Positions 51,240 to 61,475 of a DNA stretch of 64,000 bases are shown here, piece by piece. The first letter of the stretch is position 1. The number at the start of each line of letters is the position of its first letter. This stretch comes from Ylistrum balloti. Taxonomy: Eukaryota. The position numbers and the translations under genes are program-made. Below the pieces are notes generated by a model, which ran no database searches, was not told the origin of the DNA, and saw only the letters and a list, made by a program, of their open reading frames with translations. The stretch spans positions 434,001 through 498,000 of the forward strand of contig NW_026782454.1 of NCBI RefSeq assembly GCF_031769215.1, written 5' to 3'.

Positions 51240-51865
51240 ATATGTGATAGTTAAACTGATTGTTAAAATATCACAGTGTCTTTGCTGAAGCAAATATGTC
51301 TGGGAGCGAAACTGTGCCAATCATTAAAAAATGTACAAACTGTGAGATAACGTAATGATATAATGTAAGATGTTGGGTTTTTTGTACCAAAGGAATAGTT
51401 CTAATTGTATGATAAACGTGACGATCTCAATTTCCCTTTTGTGAATTTTCCATTTATGGATAGCAGTATACCTGCATCTCCAACCTTTGGTTTTTACATG
51501 TCACAGTTGATTCGATGTTCAAGGACCTGTTTCCTTTTTTAACGATTTTCTTAAGAGAAGTCGTCAACTGACCGACAAACTCGGAACACGAGGGTTCAGG
51601 TACAAGATGCGGGTTGATAAAAATTTGGAAAAGTTTTATGGTCGCCATAGTGATCTCATTGAGAAAAATTCTATTTCTTTGTGCGACATGAAGCTGGTCG
51701 TGTTTGATGCTCGTTAGTTTGGTATAGGTTCCGTTGTTGTATACCTTGTTCTTATTTGAGAACGTGACATTACTACTTGGATTGACCAAGGTATACATGG
51801 CGGGTTTTGTCGATGAAGCAGAAGACGCTTACTCTTCCGGAATACCTGGTCTTATTCTCCTTGTT
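51240..51865 (+). mobile_element. decayed Penelope-like retroelement, probably Naiad/Chlamys type (RT C-terminus plus 3' end)
   Basis: YDKRDDLNFPFVNFPFMDSSIPASPTFGFYMSQLIRCSRTC from 51408, a frameshift in a poly-T, then FNDFLKRSRQLTDKL..RGF...EKFYGRHSDLIEK ending TAG at 51717 with no downstream GIY-YIG; GTNCA-like remnant at 51302-51318. Confidence 0.8.
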
Positions 51866-52577
51866 GTTGAGTGTGAACTATAATTATGTTGCCATGTTGG
51901 TATGATGTGTTTTATTTACAAAATTGGACTAAAGTTTCCCCATTTAATATGGATAAATTTCAGGTATTTATGTACTACATAAGTAGTTTGTGATCAAACG
52001 ATACACCACAACAGAAGTATACATAGAGTTACAACACAAAAGTCAGCTATGATACAGAAGGTGAAAGATGGCCGACAATTACTTCATTTAAGTCACATGT
52101 TTAAACAAAAATTGATGTCATGAATCAAGTAAATATGGTACACGATTTACTTTTAGACCAGCAAACATATGAAGAAATTTCTCCATGTTTGATATCAATA
52201 ATGTGAGAGTCCAAAACATTTACACAGAATGAAACTAATTGTCACCTAAATGATTGTGTAAAATCATGGACGAGTTATTGAAAACCGAAAACGTTACAAA
52301 TCATGAAGTTTAATCCTGTATCTAAATTTGTAATTACGGTTTATTATCGTGTATTATTTTACAATATCGTGTGCTGAATCGATCTATTCACTGGTGTCTT
52401 TTGTATAATCATTTTTCCTTAAATGTGCTAGTTGAACATCTTTTGTTTAAACATTTGTACTGAAAGCTGCTAATCATTTGTGTCTTATAAATGCTTTAGA
52501 CATGATTATCATTGCAGTTGATCATAACACATGTTTATTTCTTTGTTTTTTCATTTAAGGTGGAAAGTTACACTACT

Positions 52578-55500
52578 ATGACGTCAGTATCTACCCCTTT
52601 CATAGCCACCACAGATGACGTCACTCCTACGACTTGGAATCTCGTCAGTTCCACGCCAAAACCCGGGAAAGATCTCCCCGTCCTACCAGTAGTAATGATG
52701 CTCTTGTTTGGCGGAACCGGAAATATTCTAGCTTTGGTTCTTCTCATTTGCACGTCACGAAAACACAAATGGCGGACATTTTACCGGCTCGTGTTGGCCC
52801 TCGCAGTCTCGGATTTTATAGGCCTCGTTGGCCCACTTCCGGTTTCCATTACCGCTTATGTCAATAACAAGAAATGGATGGGAGGGCAAGCGGTGTGTGA
52901 CTTGATGTCGTTTTTCTTTATATTTGCTGGAATGACATCGGCGATGCTTGCAGCAGCAATGTCCTTAGACCGTTTTCTGGCTGTGTGGTTCCCATTTTTC
53001 TACACTAATGTGTTAGGTAAACGTCGTGTTAACATCACAATGGCAGGGATATGTACTTTTGCATTCATCTTGGCTTGCCTACCTTTAATGGGTATAAACG
53101 AGAATGTCCATCAGTTTCCTGGAACTTGGTGTTTCTTTAATCAGTTTGCTACAGACGCCGGTGGTAAGCTGTTTTCTTACCTTTATGCCTCTCTCGGGAT
53201 GGGTATGGTCGGGATGATGGTGGTCCTAAATACATTGGTCATTGTAGTGCTGATCAGACGGAGGCTCCTAAAAACTAACCATGAAGGTCGGGCGACCTCA
53301 GAGTCACGGCGAGCTGGTGACGTGTTCAACGTGGTGTTCCTAGTGGTGCTCATGATGGTGTTTACTATCTGCTGGCTTCCGTTAATGGTTGAGTATTGTA
53401 TCTTTGTATGGCAGTGTTTGTGTCCCCTGCTTCTTACACCACATCGCCGACACCGTTTGAAATTTTAATGAAGAAATAAACGATGATATCAAATCTACTT
53501 TAACATGGATAAATTAATTCTGTTTCTTTTTATCACAAACTATTGATTTGTCTCAGAACTTTAATCTAACATTTCCGGAATGATGTCGGTAAATCGAATG
53601 TACCTTGAAATCAACGTAATGAACGATAAAGGCCGCGTTTTCTGTTTGTTAAAAAGTTTCCGGAAAATAGATACACGTGTCTTTAACACTGTTTTTATCT
53701 TTTCAAAAACATATTTCAAATATTCCATTTTAAAAACAAAGAACAATCAATTCTAAATGGACATCTCACAAATTATATTGACTATGTTAATTTTCCTCAA
53801 GTAAACACAAGTCGGCTGGTGTTGGAAACGGAGGAAATTCGAGAGTTAATAATTATCACATAACTGCAACCCCTGTTTATAATAAATCACAATCTGTACA
53901 CGTTATTAGTTATAGAGGTCAATTTACGTAGTGAGTTGTGAGACACAAAAAACAACTTCTCTTAACTTGTTAAAGGGCCAGAGCGAAGATTTTTATCAAG
54001 TTAAAAAACAACACTACGACAACAATTCAAACGTACATTCTGCCCTCGATAATCTTAATGTTGATTTGGTTACCGAGATCGGAGTCTTGTATACAGCAGG
54101 CCCTGGTTGCTCAAAAATTGTTATATCTGAAAATGTATGATTAATAGAACCTTTTTATATCTTAACATACATGTTTTATAAGATCTTTTTTATAACTTAA
54201 CATACCTGTTTTATAAGATCTTTTTTATAACTTAACATACCTGTTTAATAAGATATTTTTATATCTTAACATACCTGTTTAATAAGATCTTTTTATATCT
54301 TAACATACCTGTTTTATAAGATCTTTTTATATCTTAACATACCTGTTTTATAAGATCTTTTTTATAACTTAACATACCTGTTTAATAAGATATTTTTATA
54401 TCTTAACATACCTGTTTAATAAGATCTTTTTATATCTTAACATACCTGTTTTATAAGATCTTTTTATATCTTAACAAACGTGTTTAATAAGATCTTTTTT
54501 ATAACTTAACATACCTGTTTAATAAGATCTTTTTATGTCTTAACATACCTGTTTTATAAGATCTTTTTATATCTTAACATACCTGTTTAATAAGATCTTT
54601 TTATATCTTAACATACCTGTTTAATAAGATCTTTTTATATCATGTTTTAACAAACCTGTTTTATAAGATCTTTTTTATATCTTAACAAACATGTTTAATA
54701 AGATCTTTTTTGTCTTAACATACCTGTTTTATAAGATCTTTTTATATTTTAACAAACATGTTTAATAAGGTCTTTTTTGTCTTAACATACCTGTTTTATA
54801 AGATCTTTTTTATAACTTAACATACCTGTTTAATAAGATCTTTTTTGTCTTAACATACCTGTTTTATAAGATCTTTTTATATCTTAACAAACATGTTTAA
54901 TAAGGTCTTTTTTGTCTTAACTACCTGTTTTATAAGATCTTTTTTATAACTTAACATACCTGTTTAATAAGATCTTTTTTGTCTTAACATACATGTTTCA
55001 TAAGATCTTTTTTATAACTTAACAAACATGTTTAATAAGATCTTTTTTATATCTTAACATACATGTTTTATAAGATCTTTTTTATATCTTAACATACCTG
55101 TTTAATAAGATCTTTTTATGTCTTAACATACATGTTTTATAAGATCTTTTTTATAACTTAACAAACATGTTTAATAAGATCTTTTTTATATCTTAACATA
55201 CATGTTTTATAAGATCTTTTTTATATCTTAACATACCTGTTTAATAAGATCTTTTTTGTCTTAACATACATGTTTTATAAGATCTTTTTTATAACTTAAC
55301 AAACATGTTTAATAAGATCTTTTTTATATCTTAACATACATGTTTTATAAGATCTTTTTTATAACTTAACAAACATGTTTAATAAGATCTTTTTTATAAC
55401 TTAACATACATGTTTAATAGAATCTATTTATATCTTAACATACATATTTACTAGGATATTTTTATATCATAACATACATGTTTAATGGGATCTATTTATA

Positions 55501-56520
55501 TCTTAAAATGCACGTTTAATAAGATCTATTTATATCTTGCCATGCATGTTTAATAAGATCTATTTATATCTTAACATGCATGTTTAATAAGATCTATTTA
55601 TATCTTAACATGCATGTTTACTAGGATCTATTTATATCTTGCCATGCATTGCAGTAAAAGAAAAAAATCTTGTTATTTACATTTGATACTTACGATAGTG
55701 AGCATAGTTTACCGGAAGTAGTAGGTGGCGCCATTTGAGCGCCATAATAAGAAACCAACATCAGAAGAGCAAATTCTCAAATGAACTCGTTTATTTACTT
55801 TTTTTGTGAATTAATTTACCTGGCAATATAAGAACTAGTTGTCATACATAATTCTTCAAGTATAAAGATCATGTTTAGATACCCTGTAGGATTGTAAACA
55901 AACACATATAAGAGTAGTGACAATAGCGCGTGACTTGCGCAAATCTAATCGCCATGTGTAATATCCCGAACCGCTAACATAGAATTTGATTAGCGCTATC
56001 CACAGTCTATGTATTTTGTTACGTCCCAGTTTTTATTTATGTGTTGTTCCCGGTCAGCATTGCTAAATAAACATCCCCCGAAGAACCCTGAATATTTGAA
56101 GACGCAAGGGAAGATTTACTTTCATTTATTCGCTTATCAATTTATATAGATATTTACATCTTATCATTACAGGTACGAATATTAATCAACCAATCAGCGC
56201 TCGGCGATATCGACCGTTTAAGTGACCTGATGGTCATGAGGCTGGCTCTGGCAAATCAAATCATTGATCCCTGGATATATTTAATTCTTCGGAAAGACTC
56301 CATAACTACGGTTATCAAAATAGGAAAACGTGCTCTTAACAAGGGAGGTTTTCTAAAACGGAAGTATCCAGAAAACGTCCGAACCGGATCTGGTAAAACT
56401 TGCTCGACCGCGACGAGTACAGCTGGAGATCGTACATCGGAGAGTCGTACCTCGGATGAAGAATCGGAAATGGAGGTTGAGGTACATGCGCGGTGTGGAC
56501 ACGAACTCTCCCATGTTTAG
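52578..56520 (+). CDS. PTGER4-like: prostaglandin E2 receptor EP4-like GPCR, copy B (~385 aa; exons 52578-53387 and 56173-56520)
   Basis: 7TM class A features: TM1 GNILALVLL, TFYRLVLALAVSDFIG, AMSLDRFLAV, prostanoid ECL2 signature QFPGTWCF, TM7 RLALANQIIDPWIYLILRK with the conserved Arg. Phase-0 intron at the end of TM6 (CWLPLM|VRILINQ), as in vertebrate prostanoid receptor genes. Exon 1 acceptor at 52559/52560 and first in-frame ATG at 52578. Subtype is uncertain because the TM7 NQ motif is EP3/FP/TP-like. Confidence 0.9.
54140..55630. repeat. ~33-bp AT-rich minisatellite
   Basis: TCTTAACATACCTGTTTTATAAGATCTTTTTATA; in the intron of GPCR copy B. Confidence 0.97.
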
Positions 56521-57644
56521 CAAATTGATTGTCATGAGCCCTTACTGACATATCGGTATTTCTTATAGTTTTGTAATGTTACTGAATAAGATAAAAAATG
56601 AAGGTCTTAGTCACCAATATTGGAATTTCCATAATGAAATTACTAGCACCACTTTCGTTTCCAAGAAACTTCACATCAATTACCGTTACGTAGAAAAGTT
56701 AAATGTTTATTGTTTGTTTTTTCTGTGATTGAATGTATTTTTTTCTTGAATAATAAGTAAAACATCATTCAGTGTTTTTCTGTTTGTTTTTACTATGATT
56801 GAATGTATTTTTTTCTTGATTAATAAGTAAAACATCATTCAGTGATCTTATTTTTCTGTTTGTGATTTAACTATTTTGACTGGTTTTTATTTTTTTATCT
56901 AAGCATTGAACTGCTTTGTATCTATATACATTGGGATATGAATATCAACGCGATAAGGAGAAATCCAGTAAAGCACGTCCAGGGAACATGCTCAGTATAC
57001 TTCTATCCAGTTGGCATTTACAATGCTCATGAATGTCAACTGAAAGCAGTTCAATGTATATGTTATCATATTCAATTTTCATCTGGTAATATTGTTCGCA
57101 TAACTTGCGATTTTCCTAGGACGTTGTCAGTTCTCGGTCTGGTTATTCACAAGGGACTAAGGTCACACTGTAGCAATACAATGGATACAGTAAACGATTA
57201 GAGATATAAACATAAATATATATATATATTTACAGATTAGTTGTTTAGGAGGTATACACCAAATATTCTAAGAAATAGAGGATTATAAATTCTCCGTGGT
57301 GGAATGGTGTAGTGTCTGTGGTGTAACGATCTAGCTTTGTTACACAATGGAAAGGAACCACAACACATTGTCAAAATCAACACTTATACTGTTAACACGG
57401 ACCCAAACAGGTGGAGAAATCCGTCATGTGACATGGGGTGTAAGGACGATTCTGTAAACTTATTACACAAATTATATTGACTATCTATTAATTGATGATG
57501 ATCTTTGACGGAAGTTTTTTCCCAAATGCATTGAACTGGTTACCGCCATTAACGTCCTTCCTCACAGAATATAAGTCGTAAATGTTTAAAGTTATTATTA
57601 TAAATCAATACATCTATCGATCGATCAATTTGTTTATCTATTAA

Positions 57645-58115
57645 GTGAGTGAGTGAGTGAGTGAGTGAGTGGGTGGGTGGGTGGGTGGGAGGGTCGGTCG
57701 GTGGGTGGGTGGGTCGGTATTGGGTCGGTGGGTATTGGGTGGGTGGGTGGGTGAGTGAATTGTAACTTTTTTATAACTGAATTTATTCTACAACAATTAC
57801 AAAACAGACTTTCCCTGCTCTTGTTTGGAGGGAATGGGGGTGTGGTTGGGAGAGTTGGGGGTGGGGGTGGGAGGGGAGAGGAGGAGGGGCAGAACGCAGG
57901 GTGGGTGGGTCGGTGGGTGGGTCGGTGGGTGGGTGGTTCGGTGGGTATTGGGTGGGTGGGTGGGTGAGTGAATTATAACTTTTTTTATAACTGAATTTAT
58001 TCTACAACAATTACAAAACAGACTTTCCCTGCTATTGTTTGGAGGGAATGGGGGTGTGGTTGGGAGAGTTGGGGGTGGGGGTGGGAGGGGAGAGGAGGAG
58101 GGGCAGAACGCAGGG
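57645..58115. repeat. (GAGT)n/(GGGT)n G-rich tract within a 213-bp direct duplication
   Basis: Duplicated block anchored at 57757 and 57970. Confidence 0.92.
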
Positions 58116-58201
58116 AAAACCCCCATGGCTGAGTTAGTGACTCCAACAAGTCCGCTCGGTGAGTCAAACTATGGACGTGTAGTGTATAAGCACTGAGCCA
58201 C
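58100..58201 (-). mobile_element. possible tRNA-derived SINE head, decayed
   Basis: On the - strand: GTGGCTCAGTGC (A-box-like), AGTTTGACTC (B-box-like), then a GGGGTTTTCCCTGCGTTC core-like segment. Confidence 0.35.
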
Positions 58202-58845
58202 ACGAATACTAATTAGTACAATTCATATTTATTTCAATGATAATTTGATTATCAAAGACAATGATGATTAAGGTGTTTTCATGGGAGAATTAAAAGTTTG
58301 CTGAAATTGGGAGTTAATTATCCATTGTTTTGTCAAGTTAAAGAAAGAGTTGTGTTCATTTCATATGACGACCATATCGTCGTCAACCATTATATATAAA
58401 ATATAAAGTAGTTTTAAACAATTTTAAGTAGATAGCTCTAACTCTATATTTTTGCACAATACGCCTTGTGTCACACTTATGTCACAAACTGCGAATCTTG
58501 TGTTCTTGCTTTCGACGAGATTTTTTTTAAAAATAAATTTTAAACGGATAGAGATTGATAAATGATGGAATCCTTGTGTTAAAACCCAAACTGATGTTCA
58601 ATAGTTAGGTGGGTTAGTTTGATAAATCAGGACGGAAATAGGCCTATGATTACTAGATTCATCCATCCGTCTAGTTTCCTGTGTAAATAGCATTAAACAT
58701 TATATATATAAGGTGTAGATAATGCACACTGTGACATACATTATTTAGAAACAAAATTATTAAATATCAGAGTTTGTCAAACTTTGTCTGGAAAACAAGA
58801 AAAAATACTAATATGTCAACATAAAGATAATCCCAACTTAAAGTC

Positions 58846-59458
58846 AACAAGAGTTCCTCGGAACTGGATGTGTCGCCTGCATAAAGTGTCACGGTCACCC
58901 AGAACTGGATGTGTCGCCTGCATAAAGTGTCACGGTCACCCAGAACTGGATGTGTCGCCTGCATAAAGTGTCACGGTCACCCAGAACTGTATGTGTCGCC
59001 TGCATAAAGTGTCACGGTCACCCAGAACTGTATGTGTCGCCTGCATAAAGTGTCACAGTCACCCAGAACTGGATGTGTCGCCTGCATAAAGTGTCACGGT
59101 CACCCAGAACTGTATGTGTCGCCTGCATAAAGTGTCACGGTCACCCAGAACTGTATGTGTCGCCTGCATAAAGTGTCACGGTCACCCAGAACTGTATGTG
59201 TCGCCTGCATAAAGTGTCACGGTCACCCAGAACTGTATGTGTCGCCTGCATAAAGTGTCACGGTCACCCAGAAATCGAACTGGATGTCAAAACTAACATG
59301 TACCCTTCCAACAAGAAGCCATATACTAAATTTCATTTTGGTAACTCAAAGCATAAACGAAAGAAGTGCGGAAAACTTTCGTACGGACGCCGCCGACGCG
59401 TGACGACGGACAAAGTGATCACTTAATGTCCGCCAGCTCTGCAGGCGACACAATAAAA
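58846..59458 (-). mobile_element. HINE with amplified 3' terminus
   Basis: Right end GCAGGCGACACA-ATAAAA (59441-58) with imperfect IR TGTCCGCC (59427-34) and a CGT/GAC microsatellite. Left end has the hairpin AGTTCC-TC-GGAACT (58852-65) and AACAAG, plus ten 41-bp units that each contain TGTGTCGCCTGC. Confidence 0.8.
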
Positions 59459-59499
59459 CTAGGATAAACGATGAACAAAAGAATGATTTACAGGAAGAT

Positions 59500-59770
59500 T
59501 CCTGAAAAAGTACAAGGAAAATAAGGCAACGTGTTAAGGAAGAGTAAGCGTTTTCTGCTTCATCGACGCAACCTGCAATGCAAATCTTGGTCGATGCAAG
59601 TGCGTAATGTCACGTGCTCAAATGAGAACAAGTTATACAACAACGGAACCAGCAGGCAAACTAACGAACATCAAACACGTCCAGCTTTATATCACACGAA
59701 GAAATATAATATTTCTCAATGAGATCACTATGACGACCTTAAACTTCCTTTTGATGAAATTGTAAAGATC
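59500..59770 (-). mobile_element. Penelope-like element 3' fragment, inverted relative to 51240-51865
   Basis: The reverse complement (GAGCACGTGACATTAC...GTCGATGAAGCAGAAAACGCTTACTCTTCC) aligns to ~51630-51865. Confidence 0.7.
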
Positions 59771-60000
59771 ACTTCATTCCTCTTGTGAGCATTTCAGTCA
59801 ATTCGAAATCTGAATTCACATTTGTTACTAGCTAAAGTCTGAAGCAAAAAGGAATAATTTTTTAACAAAAAAAAAATTATGAGCTGTCTTTTCCATACAG
59901 TTTGCGCGACTGAATTTCATTTTGATTTAAACATATTTTATTTTTTAACAAAAAAAAAATTATGAGCATGTTTAAATACAATTATAATATACGAAAAAAA

Positions 60001-60002
<2 letters not shown>

Positions 60003-60083
<81 letters not shown>

Positions 60084-60092
60084 GAGAGAGAG
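60003..60092. repeat. (AG)n microsatellite
   Basis: Direct inspection. Confidence 0.99.
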
Positions 60093-61475
60093 TTTAAATA
60101 ACAGTCTCTTGATACAAACAACACAAGTAAAAATACAAAACGCTTTTCATAACTTTCAAACTGAATTTCATCCTCGAAAAGGACGAAAACAAAACCTTCA
60201 TAAAACTGCCTTTAACGCTATAAAATTCTTAATCAGTAATTTAACATTCACTCCTTTATTTGAGAAAGCGAACGTCTTACCACAGAAACTCTTCATCCCG
60301 TGTGATTTTATAGTGTAATTATTGTCAATGCAAATTACACCCTGAGCTTTTTTAAATGACGACGGAAATATTGCGTTTTTCATTTTGCATATAAAGTAAA
60401 ACCTCGTTATTTCGACGTCAAATCATTCTAAGACCTTGTTTAGTTCGAAGTGTTTCTTCTGTACCGTACAAACTTTTCATCAAATATACGATTTGAAGTG
60501 CGACTGTTTAATTTGATATCTGTAACAGGAAAAATAAGTAGACACACACACTTAAAATATTAGGTCAAGCAATAAGAAATATTTACTTCCCTGTACACGA
60601 CTGAAAAAACAGGAAGTTTTGCTGGTTCAATGGTCAAACCGGAGGATGATCAGGACTTAAACAGGTTTTCCATGAGTACCGTAATTAAAAATAGGGTTTG
60701 TTGGGTAGAAGGAAACAAATCATATTTATGTTTCATCTCACTGGCATGTTTTTATCACAGCTGAATGGTACAAAATCGAGTGATCTAGTAAAACGGAAGG
60801 CGACCCGGACGTTTCTAAATGCGTAAGAGTTATCTCCCTTAGACCAGTAATGGTTGTAAAGAGGTAGGGCGATGTTCTGAAATATCGACTGTAGCGTCAA
60901 GAAAAAAAACAACAAAAATAATAGTTCATTAAAATGTTTATTCTGTACAAGAAGTAAAAGGTCTATGATATATAAGTCTTGTTGTATTTGTATATATTTC
61001 TTTCGTGAATTACAAACAATATTTACTTGTTCTTTAATTATTCGTTGACGGCAATACAACTTTATATATTCAACCAGCATTTATCAAATAAATTTTATTT
61101 ATTTATTTATTCAATTATTTATCTATTTATTTATTCAAAACAGAAGCAATATGATAAGTTTGTTATGCTGATCTCCAGAAGTAAGAACATTTAATTTTCA
61201 GCAAAGAGGTAAATTTCTGATGCATCGCTTGGCAATTTATATAAGAAAGATAATTATTTCCTTTCAATAATTATGAGCGTAATAGATGTGCATGGGCTTG
61301 TTTCATCGATATTAAAACAGGTACGCAAAAATCCAGGTCTCACTAATGAAAAATATTGCTTTCTAGTGGGAGAGATTTGGATTTTACATATCACAATTAA
61401 TCATGTTCATCTGCAACCAGTGTAAATTGTTTGACATTATATTTGTTAAGAATGCGCATGCGCTCCATTCTTCAT

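Noticed and set aside
51800-51860. SECIS in the Penelope-like 3' tail (GATGAAGCAGAA...)
   Set aside because: The spacing from ATGA to AA is too short and no 3' GA quartet partner is visible; it would need testing on an intact consensus.
59962-60318. ORF with a poly-ER tract
   Set aside because: Translation of the (AG)n microsatellite.
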